The notes under the pieces are model-generated. The model ran no database searches. It saw only the letters and a program-made list of their open reading frames with translations, and was not told the DNA's origin. Below, piece by piece: positions 28,801 to 41,671 of a DNA stretch of 64,000 nt; position 1 is the stretch's first letter; each line of letters begins with the position of its first letter. Made by a program: the position numbers and the translations under genes. The stretch comes from Eledone cirrhosa. Its lineage: Eukaryota. The stretch lies in assembly GCA_964016885.1 (NCBI GenBank), contig OZ024750.1:23126001-23190000 (forward strand), given 5' to 3'.

Positions 28801-29456
28801 GCCCACTATACAGGAGCAAATCATGGAATAGCTTAGATAGGGCTAGACATAAGATAGGGAAGGCCACATCATGGTACGACAACCAGAGATATCAGAGTGT
28901 CATGTTTGTGGACGCCACCCCTGGAGGGAAATTAGCTAACCAGTGTAGAAAGGCCCTGAGAAAGACCCACTTAAAAATAAAGGTGGTAGAAAAGCCAGGA
29001 ACCACCATAAAATCCCTGATCAGCAAAACCTACCCTTTTAAGAAAACCCACTGTACCAATAGGAAATGTATCATATGTAAGGTGAACCCCCGGATAAACT
29101 GTAAAACTAGAAACGTAGTCTATAGCATAAGATGTACAGAGGGTACTTGCAGAAACACGACAACAACATACATAGGTGAGACAGCTCGTAGCATAGGTGA
29201 AAGGATAGACCAACACTGGGGGGAACTAAAAGGACGAAAAAACGGGTCAGTACTATACGAACATGCTAGACAACATCATGACGGTAACATAGACAACATA
29301 GAAATTAGAATAATATCTAAACATAGGAATGACCCAGCAGATAGGCAAATCAGAGAGGCCAGTGAAATAGAAATTAGAAGACCACAGCTAAACAGAAAGA
29401 ATGAGTGGAACAACAACAACACCCAAACAAACAACACTGACCTAAGAGAAGTATAA
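25830..29456 (+). CDS. Full-length PLE protein: N-terminal region with Asn-rich insert, reverse transcriptase, Cys linker, C-terminal GIY-YIG endonuclease (Neptune-like)
   Basis: PTDKSG; PPLYGLRKDHK; PTRPV; SMDVVSLYPSI; QNEGAAIGVSIAGDVANLFM; RYVDD; LPVLD; CTNRKCIIC; VVYSIRC..C..YIGET..R..H..H..E..LN. Confidence 0.95.
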   Translation: MTLPKYNNICFDTRFHIKNLAKLIHRRYGISLCQAERLLKDTVFCYIKTTITTEQIRFLKHCVSSKTYTTNISKQVNNLLLNKTQAERLKHTITVNMKRTTYTKVNALYRQKRINGKEIRNLITANERDDFMSVIRRETKYAQNECCRHFKKKLEWMNKKKLQERKIEYSQKYPDNIDNIRMSDVKLPEEFTNDHTVNIYGNTLISEQEQQILKLPPKFAIYKKINPMECKTELEKCFTKIRWNAKVNNNNNNGSSNINNNSGYRNNSHNHNNGRKVRNSDNGNNTSDRQNNNNHNNNNNRNVNHRHSNSDHSSNNGNNTNNNNNNNHSGNNGNSTCSNINKNKKHNNSNNHNGRNSSNNNNNGEVNNNTSSNHNNNNINAKDRNNNNHHDNNNSNTHNYDDRNNDNPLEKLFFNPADKTYKMGNIYPTRLPFNKRVCIPQQIDDETEAQFTIARNKIRQVVDRYTMRQSRPEAQQLGIKPVEGLVSLKQRTRDGEVVCLPTDKSGRMSIDSMPNYIEAMQPHITNTSEVAQLTHDGREKILNAHMMMWTDILKPSRRTANNFQASNNGIPPLYGLRKDHKTVDDPTIGPPTRPVCGANIASNYRISYFLSMVIRPIIKMSPDVCESTEDLLSRISECNKNRSLSNCIIGSMDVVSLYPSINIDFAVKRCVEMIIESEVEFCDVDTDELGLLLRLTYDTDYLDSHDLRCFCPSRPIRGRPPTITSMAKKTPIGRWIGWTKAIRTPQNTDQVRKMVAHAIGASIKTTLKGHIFKFNEKIYTQNEGAAIGVSIAGDVANLFMVWWERRLKDLLNESSIDLIMYSRYVDDINIVIRTPPLESTNKFDLERSTMESIQQIANSIHQSITVTIDFPSKHPNNRLPVLDTELWINTIDERAQILHSHYAKPMASKYLILKNSAMSSSAKFNILIADLVRVMKNVSSMCDPTEMEGHIQHFINRMQFSGYNQRDRVRVYEGAMEKYKTLIELDMKGICPLYRSKSWNSLDRARHKIGKATSWYDNQRYQSVMFVDATPGGKLANQCRKALRKTHLKIKVVEKPGTTIKSLISKTYPFKKTHCTNRKCIICKVNPRINCKTRNVVYSIRCTEGTCRNTTTTYIGETARSIGERIDQHWGELKGRKNGSVLYEHARQHHDGNIDNIEIRIISKHRNDPADRQIREASEIEIRRPQLNRKNEWNNNNTQTNNTDLREV

Positions 29457-30145
29457 ATAAATAAGTAAATTAAATTAAATAAAATAAGATAAATAAATAC
29501 ATACACAAGCACATAAACACACACTAGTCACCCAGCAGACACAACACTATACACACTAGTCACACATCACACATAACACTATACACACACGCAAACGCAT
29601 GCGCAAAGAAGACAAAATAAAATAAGATAAACAAACAAGCAAATAAATAAATAAATATATAGACAGACTGAACAAAAAAAATGGCGTAGACATACAACAC
29701 AACAGGAGGAACAATGAATATAACACCACTGACGATGTTGCAGATGTGCAACGAAAGATTTATGTAAACTATATATATATGTGTTTGTCTATATTGTATC
29801 TGTATTATTTTTGACCGCCGGTCAGTCAATGGCAACATTGAGGACCGAGTAAGTTAGATCGCAGATATATATATATAAAAGACAGCGAGAAGCGAAAACC
29901 AACCAAACAGTGAGTGTGTTCTGTTATTAATTCTGGCAATATTACGCAAATATGACCCTCCCCAAATATAACAATATATATATATATATATATATATAAT
30001 AGTAAAAGAGTGAAGAATAACGTGGTCGGTTGTACAATAGGGTTTATTTAAAGTATTAACAATTGTTTCATTAGTCCAGTGTGTCTAAAAGTCGCTGGAC
30101 CGCTGTTGTGGTAATGACAGAATAATATATATATATATATATATA

Positions 30146-30492
30146 TATTAAAATATAAATATTAATAAAATAGATGTTCTTTTGATCAATTAAATTTTAT
30201 TATACATATTTCAGAGGTACAACAGTACGTCCTCATCAAACAAAATATAATGATACATGACATACCCTGAGATGTTAAATGGTTAAGATTTAATCAATTA
30301 TTTTGTCTGATGAGGACGTACTTTTGTACCTCTGAAATATGTATAATAAAATTTAATTGATCAAAAGAACATCTATTTTATTAATATTTATATTTTAATA
30401 TTAATAACTCCGGAAAATATTTTTCTTGTAGAGTGCTTCCAATCTACTGTAAAACTTATTCTTTGATGTACTCGTTGAATCTTGTTTAACTC

Positions 30493-30497
<5 letters not shown>
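30146..30497 (+). mobile_element. Fold-back element plus tail with HHR at 30300-30352
   Basis: About 100-bp arms. AUUUUGU CUGAUGA GGAC-GUAC-UUUU-GUAC-CUCU GAAA UAUGUA UA AUAAAAU; the left-arm copy has C3U. Confidence 0.85.
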
Positions 30498-30564
<67 letters not shown>

Positions 30565-30797
30565 CCACAACAGAGGTCCGACGAGCTTTTGATTCGAGAG
30601 TCGAGCGAGATCGATACAGATCGAACCATCAGCTGATCAATAGCGAAATGTGCGTCATTACTCAATTAACGTAATGAAGGCATAACATATCGTTCTTTTT
30701 TTTTGTTTTCTCATTACACTCTGCTTTGTTCTGTACTGGAACTACGCATTGAGTGCTCTCTCTGGGGAACCTACAGAAACTGGAAGTCACAACCCCC

Positions 30798-30843
<46 letters not shown>

Positions 30844-30976
30844 CGAAGGAAGTGTGGTAAGGAACCACGTGGACAATAACGCACCAGAGTACTCGATACT
30901 GGGTAGTAGAGTGGGTAACGTTCGGATGTAACTGTTGAAACGGCCGGAGCTCAGCCGTCGGGGTCCTGACTCTTTT

Positions 30977-31035
<59 letters not shown>

Positions 31036-31051
31036 ATATATATATATATAT

Positions 31052-31480
31052 ATACAATATTAACAAATGGAAACTATATTTATAAAACCATATTTATTTC
31101 ATTATACATATTTCAAGGACACCAAGTTAAATTATGGTGTACTTTCATCAGATAAAATATAATATAGGTCAGTTTTATAAATAAATATTGACATACTCTT
31201 AAAGAATGCAACCATTACTGTTGAACAGTAATGGTTGCATTCTTTAAGAGTATGTCAAGATTTATTTATAAAACTGACCTATATTATATTTTATCTGATG
31301 AAAGCACACCATAATTTAACTTGGTGTCCTTGAAATATGTATAATGAAATAAATATGGTTTTATAAATATAGTTTCCATTTGTTAATATCGTATTTTTAC
31401 TCCAAATATTTGTTGAGTGCTTTATATCAGTTATAAAAATATTTGCTTGTTGTATCCCAACAATTTAAATAGAACTTTTA
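31052..31480 (+). mobile_element. Fold-back element (about 170-bp arms) plus tail, with HHRs at 31288-31350 (+) and 31096-31158 (-)
   Basis: AUUUUAU CUGAUGA AAGC-ACACCA..UGGUGU-CCUU GAAA UAUGUA UA AUGAAAU. Relative at 55660-55954. Confidence 0.85.
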
Positions 31481-31568
31481 CATATATATATATATATATT
31501 TATATATATACAGTATACACACACACACACATATATACACACGCACATATATATACACACACACACAC

Positions 31569-31682
<114 letters not shown>

Positions 31683-33196
31683 TATATAGTGTTTTGTAAT
31701 CCAAGAAGCGAGTTGTGTGGAAAGGCACTCTGCATTTTAACAATTACTAAGCCAATCTTTTCATCTCATTAATGAAGTCAATTAAAATTGACATTGGTTG
31801 GTCTAGGACTAACGAAAAATACATGTTTCTATTTAAAACAAAGTAGGTTTTTATGTTTTTATCCTCCCCTTCCTTTATAATAAATCTTTAGATTATATTA
31901 TATTATATTATATTAATTATATTATATTATACTATATTAACAAGTCTCCCTTCGTTTAAAACATATGATTTATTCAGTAAGTCGTACACCTTTCATAATG
32001 GAAATTTGAATCTTCTAATAGTGGTTTATTGCGCACAACATTGCACGAAAGTATGGTGCTTGTATTTAGAGTTTTGCCCTCCAAGGAAATATATGACCTC
32101 GTTTTTATTATAAACATTTTTTTTTAACCAGAGGATATCCTGTTAACTAATCAAATAATGCTCTATTTTGTATTTTTCCTAGAACACACACGGACATAAG
32201 AAGAACAACAAAATGGTAAGCTCAGTGCTAACAACTGAAATGAAAGTAATTAAACTATATATTTATATAGATTGCCGTTTAGTGCTTGTACTCTATTGTA
32301 TATATTTGAAACATATCCGGTTTTCTCACCCTCACTCAACCCTTCCTGATTTCTGGAGAAAAGGATACTGTCAGCTGGGCTGGTGGCTGAGTATTTAGCA
32401 CCCTAGGCTACCTCTATAATGTGCACCCTTTTCTCTCAATTATACACCCCATTCTCCTAAATGAAAACATTTCAACTCACAGTTTGGTAAGCAAACTGAC
32501 AAACCTATTTTATGACACTTCTTGCTTTGAACACACTAAGAAAATTAATCAACCTTGCATTTCCTACTATACAGTCCACACTCACCTCTACTAAATATCA
32601 AATAACAGGTCATAACGACACACGACCCTCCCCACTGTGTTGTTATAAAGATGCTTAGCCATTTAGTTATTGGTGGCAGGAAATTATCAAATATTTAATT
32701 TAATTATAACTACAATCCTTTAAGATTCAGTAATGCACAAGTCTTAAGTCTGCGCCCTAGGTAGCTGCCTAATCGGCCTGGTCGGCCTTTATGGTAGCGC
32801 CGACTCTGACTGTGAGTGGATTTCCCTAAAACCCTTTCATGGCGTAACGTGGCCTATTCTCAGAGAAAAGGGGGAGAGAGAAAGGAAAAGAAACATCATC
32901 AGATTTGAACATACAACACAGTGAACCGGAATACTATAAAACATTTAATCTGATGTTCTAGTGACTCTGCCAATTCGCCGCCATTAAGCATGCGCAGAAA
33001 CATGCGTAGACTTGCACACATCTCCGTCCAATCAATTGTGTGTGACTTCATCCTATCTGCCGCCATTTCTAAGTTATTTCACCTTATTTCACCTTTTATT
33101 GATTGTCTTTATCTTATCATCACTGCAATATTGAACAGCAAACTCTGTCTGCCGAAACAGTTTTCTTTACATTGACTTTTGTTTAAGAAGCCGATC

Positions 33197-33600
33197 GTCA
33201 GGTCGGACCGAGGAAACAATGTTTCCGTTGGCCTTTCCATTGTTGATACTATCTGCCTGTCACAACTCCTGAAACAATATAAGAGGAAAGGTGCCAACCA
33301 TCAGATCGGACCGAGGAAACAATGTTTCCGTTGGCCTTTCCATTGTTGATACTATCTGCCTGTCACAACTCCTGAAACAATATAAGAGGAAAGGTGCCAA
33401 CCATCAGATCGGACCGAGGAAACAATGTTTCCGTTGGCCTTTCCATTGTTGATACTATCTGCCTGTCACAACTAAAACAATATGAGAGGAAAGGTGCCAA
33501 CCACCAGATCGGACCGAGGAAACAATGCTTCCATTGGTCATTCCATTGCTAATGTTGGTCATCAGATCAAACCACGGAAACAATGTTTCATTGGTCTTTC
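33197..33600. repeat. 103-bp tandem repeat (about 3.5 units) with internal inverted repeats
   Basis: Units start at 33198, 33301, 33404 and about 33504. Confidence 0.9.
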
Positions 33601-34145
33601 TACTACTGATGCTATCTGTCGGTCGTAGTTTATTAATGAAGGCGCGAGGCCTAGTGGTTAGAGTGATCGACTCACGATCATTAGTTAGTGGGTTCGATTC
33701 ATAAATCGTGCGACGCGTATTTTTTAGCAAAATACTTTACTTCACGTGGCTTCTTCAGGCCTTAGGCCATTGGATTAAGTACTTTGGCACTTATTCCGGT
33801 TCATCACGATCTGAGTTCAAATCTTACTGAAGTTAACTTTGCCTTTTATCTCTCCGGGGATTGAAAATTAATATATAGTACAATTACATAGACGGTGGAT
33901 TGGCGGAATTATCAAAGAGACCAGGAACGGAACCAATGATCTTTTATGAAAGTGAGTCCAACACCATAACTACAAGGCTATGAAACTTCAGTCAGGTCAT
34001 AAAGGGACGTAACTAAATGCCACAAGACATTCTTTTACGACGCTGTACCGATTTTTGTCAGAGAAATACCTGCCAGCAAACAATATGGCTAGAGGTGTGA
34101 GAAACCTCGGACTCTATTGATATAGGCACTACCTGAATGGCTGAA

Positions 34146-34365
34146 ATAATGGTTCCTGATTTAGGCATAAGGCCAGCTATTTGGGGGGAGGGGAAGGTCG
34201 ATTAAATCGACCCCAGTACGTTACTGGTACTTTATTTTATCGATCCCGTAAGGATGAAAGGCAAAGCTAACCTCGGCGGGATTTGAACTCAAAACATAAA
34301 GGGCCATAACTCTATGCTGCAAATCATGGTGTCTGGCGCTCTACTGATACTGCCAATCCACCGCC
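34146..34365 (-). mobile_element. SINE family 1, full length, with TSD
   Basis: TGAATG(G/A)CTGAAATAAT at 34134-34150 and 34368-34384. Confidence 0.85.
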
Positions 34366-35258
34366 TTTGAATGACTGAAATAATGATTACACAGGTTTAC
34401 TTGGTTAATCTTATCGTTTAACTGTTTCAACCGACTGGCTGAGCTCATGCTGGAGCACCACCGTACGTCGATTTTAGGCGGCGGATGTCTCACGATACCA
34501 TGGACCTGCACATGTGGAGTTCTTTTTTCTTCACGAGGCAAGCATGGGCAAGGATTTATTTTTCTTTATAAAAAAAAAGCTTTCAAGTTTCCCCTTGCCC
34601 CGCCGCCATGGATGGTATCCAAGGGAAAATGAGACAATGGACTCTCCGCGCTACCAACGATGTTATCCAAGGGAGAGAGAGAGATCAGGAATTATCCACG
34701 TCTCCACATATGGTGCCTAAGGGGAAGGTAGGGAACTAGCCACGCCACGCCACGCCACGCCACGCCACGCCACGCCACGCCACTAGGCCTTCCTTCTCCA
34801 TGCCACTACCGATGTTATCCAGTGGAAGGAGAAGCAATGAACTTTCCACGCCAACAACATCGATGGTTTCCCAAGAGAAGGAGAGACAAGGAACTCTCTA
34901 CGCCACCAAGCTTTCCCTATTCACACCCCCCGCCGGTGTTATTTATTGTTCAATGGAAGAGAGAGGCAAGAGCCGTCGATACAGCCCGGCACTACAGATG
35001 ATGTGGCAGGCGTTGCCGACAGAAGGCAACGAAGCGGAACAGATACCGCAAGGTATATCTGCCAACTTTGCCAACCCACCTTATATATATATAATATATA
35101 TATGTCTATATATATATATGTCTATATATATGTCTATATATATAGAGAGAGAGAGAGAGAGACATAAATATATTTAGACACATACAAGATGGTATCATGA
35201 TTCTGATAAAAGTATTTGCTAATTGAAGCAAGCAAGCGTGCCAGTAGAATTGTGAAAC

Positions 35259-35323
<65 letters not shown>

Positions 35324-35479
35324 ACACACATATATATATACATATATATATATAACGAGAGAGAGAGAGGGAGAGGGGGGAGCATGTAGTGGTAGAGAGA
35401 GATGGAGGATGAAGGTAGAGTGATTAAGATAGGAACGAGTGGAGAAATATGTCAGATTGTTTCCAGTTAGAAGTAGATA

Positions 35480-35518
<39 letters not shown>

Positions 35519-35840
35519 CATAGGGGTGGGGGTGGAGATAGAGGTGTGCGCGTGTGTGTCTATGTACTCGCGTGTGACTGTGTCTGTGTCTGCGCATATG
35601 TGTTAGTAAAGGATAGAGAAAGGTGATGAAGATGAAAAGTTTTCTTGTCAACCATGGTGGACATTGGATGACATTATCCAATGTTTCTTGCCTTTTCAAT
35701 GTTAGATTGGGATTTGTGGAGGATTTGGCTGCTGTTTCTAGCATGTCTACTGTAATGCTACAGTACCAGATGTACTAATAGTGGTGGTATCGTAGGAGAG
35801 GAATTGTGGTGTTGGTAGCATTATCGTAATAGTGATACTG

Positions 35841-35876
<36 letters not shown>

Positions 35877-35916
35877 CAGTAGTAGGAGCTGCAGTAGTAG
35901 TAGTAGTAGCAGTAGC

Positions 35917-35964
<48 letters not shown>

Positions 35965-36309
35965 GGTGGTGGCATTTGCGTTACTTCTGTGGTGGTGGTG
36001 GTGGCATTTGCGTTACTTCTGTGGTGATGATGGTGATTATAGTGTTGTGATAGTAGTATTAGTGGTATTGATAGTAGTGGTGGTAGTAGATGTGATTGTA
36101 ATATTGTAGCAGTAGCGGTGGTGATGGTAATGTTGTTGTTGTGGTGGTGGTAATATTAGTATTGGTGGCATTATGTTAATGGTAGTAGTAGTAGTAGTAG
36201 CAGCAGCAGCAGTAGTAGTAGTAGTAGTAGTAGTAGCAGCTGCAGTAGTAGTAGTAGTAGTAGCAGCAGTAGCAGCAGCAGTAGTAGTAGCAGCAGTAGT
36301 AGCAGCTGC

Positions 36310-36340
<31 letters not shown>

Positions 36341-37835
36341 AACTATGGTGTTGGTGGTGACATCTTTGGTGTTGATATTTAAACTAACCAATTATTTAAC
36401 ACAGTTTTCCTTCAAAGTAAACACAGCAACTCCCTCATAATATACCACAAAAACATGTGGGCTACATGTAGGTTTTACACATGGTAAATCCTCCGTCGTT
36501 CTCGACGATGAGCTTACGGCAGGTTTGAATCTGAGCTATTATAATTGGGAAGCTAACTTCTTAACCATTCTGGAATGGACCTCCGTCGATTTGGGTGATG
36601 AACGCTTCAGTTGTTCTGTGAAAGGAACAACCTGCTCATGAAATTAGTGTGCAAGAGAGTCAACGTGACAAAGTGTTATGACAAGGCTGCCATTTTGAAT
36701 TACGGTTCCAACGACGAATGTTCCAGGTTCAATTAACGGAAAAGCTGATGAAATTAACATGTAAGCCTTCGAGCATTCCACTGTGTGTAACATAGCCACA
36801 GCTGGCCCTTTCAATTACAGGTACAGTCCATCTGACGGGCTTCCAAACAGTTTCAGTCTGCCCAATTTCAATCGCAAAGCATGTGTTAACCCGAGACTAT
36901 GGTAAATGACACTTGTCCAAGATACCATTTATCTGGATCATAATGGTTGTGAAGCGAACTCAAACATCCGGCCATGCTTCATCTACTGACTCCCAGCGGT
37001 CTCTTCTTTTCAGCTGGGGCTATGTAGATGCCATCCCTGCTCTTTCCATGGGTTTTTTAGGGCTCTTCTCCTGCTCATTCTCTGAATGCTCAGGGTTACG
37101 TAGTCCTTACTATGGGAATCTGGATATTTTATACAATTAAATAGTTTCATATAATCAACAAACACAAAATAACCCTTCATTGTAGTTATTCAAAAACACA
37201 CACAAATGCTGTTGAATTCACTTTACAGTTATCATATATTTCTTGCTGTCAAAATCAACGTTGCATTGTTTTTTGGGATTGTGTAACTGTCAGTGACCAG
37301 GTCACAAACAATGCGATGACAATATTTAAACCAAGAAGTGAATGATATAATAAGAGAATCTAAGAAGTTGTTTGGGTTTTTTTTCGTGTGTGTATTTTCT
37401 GTATTTTCTATTAGATGGTTGTTCTGGTGCCACGATAAAAAAAAGCACCCAGTGTTAGGAAAGGGCGTCAAACCGTCAAAACCAATCCAAATTATAGATC
37501 TGTATGAAAAAGACATGGTCACCTAACCTGACTTGTCTCATAAAGTGACAAACCGTTTAACCCAAGTAGCAGTGGAAAATGGACATTAAATGATGATGAT
37601 GATGGTGGTGGTGGTGGTGGTGGCAGAAATGACCCTCCCAAGATGTAAGTGCTTACTCTCCCTTGAAATTCGATAATTCTATTTTTATAATTCTATTTCT
37701 ATAAGTTTATAAATATAGTTTTCTGTATTAAATAAATATTCTTCATCATTTTATCGCTGTATTTATTTTTTATGAAATAAAACTGTCTTCTGCCAAATTT
37801 TACTGATAAAGAAATATAACAAGGTTGATAGAGTA

Positions 37836-40760
37836 ATGGTTGTTGTTGGTGGTTGTTGGGGGGGGGGGGGGTTAGTGGTGTTGGTGGTGTTGGTGGCGGT
37901 TGTTGTTGGTTTTTGGGGGTGGTTGTTGTTGGTGGTTGTTGTTGGTGGTTGTTGGGTGTGGTTGTTGGGGGTGGTTGTTGGTGGTCGTTATTGGGGGTGG
38001 TTGTTGGTGGTGGTTGTTGGTTGTTGGTGGTGGTTGTTGGGGGTGGTTGTTGGTGGTTGGGGGTGGTTGTTGTTGGTGGTTGTTGTTGGTGGTTGTTGGT
38101 GGTGGTTGTTGGTGGTGGTTGTTGGGGGTGGTTGTTGTTGGTGGTTGTTGGTGGTGGTTGTTGGGGGTGGTTGTTGGTGGTGGTTTTGGGGGTGGTTGTT
38201 GGGGGTGGTTGTTGGTGGTGGTTGTTGGGAGTGGTTGTTCGGGGGTGGTTGTTGGGGGTGGTTGTTGGGGGTGGTTGTTCGGGGTGGTTGTTGGGGGTGG
38301 TTGTTGGGGGTGGTTGTTGGTGGTGATTTTGGGGGTGGTTGTTGGTGGTGGTTGTTGGGAGTGGTTGTTGGGGGTGGTTGTTGTTGGTGGTTGTTGGGGG
38401 TGGTTGTTGGGGGTGGTTGTTGGTGGTGGTTGTTGGGGGTGGTTGTTGGTGGTGGTTGTTGGGAGTGGTTGTTCGGGGGTGGTTGTTCGGGGTGGTTGTT
38501 GGGGGTGGTTGTTCGGGGTGGTTGTTGGGGGTGGTTGTTGGGGGTGGTTGTTGGGGGTGGTTGTTGGGGGTGATTGTTGGTGGTGGTTTTGGGGGTGGTT
38601 GTTGGGGGTGGTTGTTGGGGGTGGTTGTTGGGAGTGGTTGTTCGGGGGTGGTTGTTGGGGGTGGTTGTTGGGGGTGGTTGTTCGGGGTGGTTGTTGGGGG
38701 TGGTTGTTGGGGGAGGTTGTTGGGGGTGGTTGTTGGTGGTGGTTGTTGGGGGTGGTTGTTGGTGGTGGTTGTTGGGGGTGGTTGTTGGGGGTGGTTGTTG
38801 GTGGTTGTTTTGGGGGTGGTTGTTGGTGGTGGTTGTTGGTGGTGGTTTTGGGGGTGGTTGTTGGTGGTGGTTGTTGGGGGTGGTTGTTGGGGGTGGTTGT
38901 TGGTGGTGGTTGTTGGGGGTGGTTGTTGGGGGTGGTTGTTGGTGGTGGTTGTTGTTGGTGGTTGTTGGGGGTGGTTGTTGGTGGTGGTTTTGGGGGTGGT
39001 TGTTGGGGGTGGTTGTTGGTGGTGGTTTTGGGGGTGGTTGTTGGGGGTGGTTGTTGGTGGTGGTTTTGGGGGTGGTTGTTGGGGGTGGTTGTTGGGGAGG
39101 TTGTTGGTGGTGGTTGTTGGGGGTGGTTGTTGGTGGTGGTTGTTGTTGGTGGTTGTTGGTGGTGGTTGTTGGTGGTTGTTGGTGGTTGTTGGTGGTGGTT
39201 GTTGGTGGTTGTTGGTGGTGGTTTTGGGGGTGGTTGTTGGTGGTGGTTGTTGGTGGTGGTTGTTGGGGGTGGTTGTTGGTGGTGGTTTTGGGGGTGGTTG
39301 TTGCGGGTGGTTGTTGGTGGTGGTTGTTGGTGGTGGTTTTGGGGGTGGTTGTTGGGGGTGGTTGTTGGTGGTGGTTTTGGGGGTGGTTGTTGGGGGTGGT
39401 TGTTGGGGGAGGTTGTTGGTGGTGGTTGTTGGTGGTGGTTGTTGGTGGTGGTTGTTGTTGGTGGTTGTTGTTGGTGGTTGTTGTTGGTGGTTGTTGGTGG
39501 TTGTTGGGGGTGGTTGTTGGGGGTGGTTGTTGTTGGTGGTTGTTGGTGGTGGTTGTTGGGGGTGGTTGTTGGTGGTGGTTTTGGGGGTGGTTGTTGGGGG
39601 TGGTTGTTGGTGGTGGTTGTTGGGGGTGGTTGTTGGGGGTGGTTGTTGGGGGTGGTTGTTGGTGGTTGTTGGGGGTGGTTGTTGGGGGTGGTTGTTGTTG
39701 GTGGTTGTTGGTGGTGGTTGTTGGGGGTGGTTGTTGGTGGTGGTTGTTGGGGGTGGTTGTTGGGGGTGGTTGTTGGGGGTGGTTGTTGGGGGTGGTTGTT
39801 GGTGGTGGTTGTTGGGAGTGGTTGTTCGGGGGTGGTTGTTGGGGGTGGTTGTTGGGGGTGGTTGTTCGGGGTGGTTGTTGGGGGAGGTTGTTGGGGGTGG
39901 TTGTTGGTGGTGGTTGTTGGGGGTGGTTGTTGGTGGTGGTTGTTGGGAGTGGTTGTTCGGGGGTGGTTGTTGGGGGTGGTTGTTGGGGGTGGTTGTTCGG
40001 GGTGGTTGTTGGGGGTGGTTGTTGGGGGAGGTTGTTGGGGGTGGTTGTTGGTGGTGGTTGTTGGGGGTGGTTGTTGGTGGTTGTTGGTGGTTGTTGGTGG
40101 TTGTTGGTGGTTGTTGGGGGTGGTTTTGGGGGTGGTTGTTGGGGGTGGTTGTTGGTGGTGGTTGTTGTTGGTGTTGCTGGTGGTTGTTGGGGGTGGTGTT
40201 AGAGGTGGTTGGTGGTGGTGCTGGTGGTGTTGGTGTTGGTGGTGTTGTTGGGGTGGCGTTAGTAGTGGTTGTTGTTGTTGGTGGTTGTTGTTGGTGGTTG
40301 TTGGTGGTGGTTTTGGGGGTGGTTCTTGTTGGTAGTTGTTAGTGGTGGTTGTTGGGGGTGGTTGTTGTTGGTGGTTGGTGGTGGTGCTGGTGGTGTTGGT
40401 GTTGGTGGTGGTGTTGGTGGTGGTGTTGGTGGTGGTGGTGTTGGTGGTGGCGTTGGTGTTGGTGTTGGTGGTGGTGTTTGTGGTGGTGGTGATGGTGTTT
40501 TGGGGGGTGGCGTTAGTAGTGGTTGTTGTTGTTGGTGGTGGTGGTGGTGTTTGTGGTGGTGGTGGTGTTGGTGTTGTATTTGGTGGTTGTTGTTTTTTGG
40601 TGATAGTTGGTGATGTTGATAGCGATGTAGGTATTGGTGTTACTAGTGGTAATGGGGGTAGTTGTTACTTTAGGTAGTGGTTGCTTGGTGGGGGTGTGTG
40701 GTTGTTGGGGGTGGTAATCATGGTGTTGGGGGTAGAGTGGTGTTGTTTTTATTGTTTTCA
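37836..40760. repeat. About 2.9-kb G/T-only mosaic array (GGGGGTGGTTGTT, GGT, GTT)
   Basis: Directly visible; the lack of A on the + strand explains the long stop-free frames. Confidence 0.95.
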
Positions 40761-40965
40761 CTGTTTTTTTTTATTGTTGACCTTGCACTATATATATATA
40801 TATGTGTGTGGGTGCGTATGTGTGCGTGTGTATGTGTGTGTGCGCGCGTGTGTGTCATTTCATACGAACAAAGCTTACAGCGATAAATTAAAATAGAGTG
40901 CGTGTGTAATGTATGACACACACATACACACACACACACACACACTTACACACACACACACACAC

Positions 40966-41051
<86 letters not shown>

Positions 41052-41112
41052 TTGACAAAATTAATTCCATTTCGAATTTCTGCCAAACTATTGCATGAAT
41101 GAAGTACATGTA

Positions 41113-41191
<79 letters not shown>

Positions 41192-41637
41192 GTGTGTGCT
41201 TCCATGTGTGTGTGTGTGTGCGTGTTCCGGTACAGCTGTAGAAGCCTAAGTGCCATGCACTCATTGGATGAGGTTTTCAAGGTCGCTGTTTATAGAATCA
41301 ATTATAACACAATATGTGTGTTGGACCTCCGTCAGATTCGACCACGACTATTCCAATTGTTTGAATATCGGGACAGCCTGCTCGTGAAATTTAACGTCTA
41401 TGTGGCTTAGACACAGGTACCCTTAACGTAGTTCTCAGGGAGATTCCTCGTGAAAACACTGTGTGACAAGTCCAGCTCTTTGAATAATAGGTACGACCCA
41501 CTTCCGGTCCGGGAATCTAATACACGAACTTACGATGGTGGGCCCAGCGCACCCTAGCCATTAAGTCACTCGTCGACCTTACATATAGAAGAAGAACCGA
41601 CTTGCAGTGTTACACGCGTGCACACACACACACACAC

Positions 41638-41671
<34 letters not shown>

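Larger units (their letters stand above)
23215..29977 (+). mobile_element. Penelope-like retroelement, partial tandem (4122-bp unit x 1.64) inserted in (TA)n
   Basis: 23215-25855 is repeated at 27337-29977 (2641 bp, no difference seen). (TA)n on both sides, with ATA and ATAT microhomology at the junctions. Confidence 0.95.

Noticed and set aside
25830-29456. Telomerase, group II intron or retron identity of the RT
   Set aside because: C-terminal GIY-YIG with CCHH residues, DKG-like motif, pseudo-LTR tandem and HHR all indicate a Penelope-like element.
37836-40342. ORFs of 245-811 aa rich in G/V/W/L/C
   Set aside because: Open in all three frames only because the G/T array has almost no A and so almost no stop codons; no coding signal.
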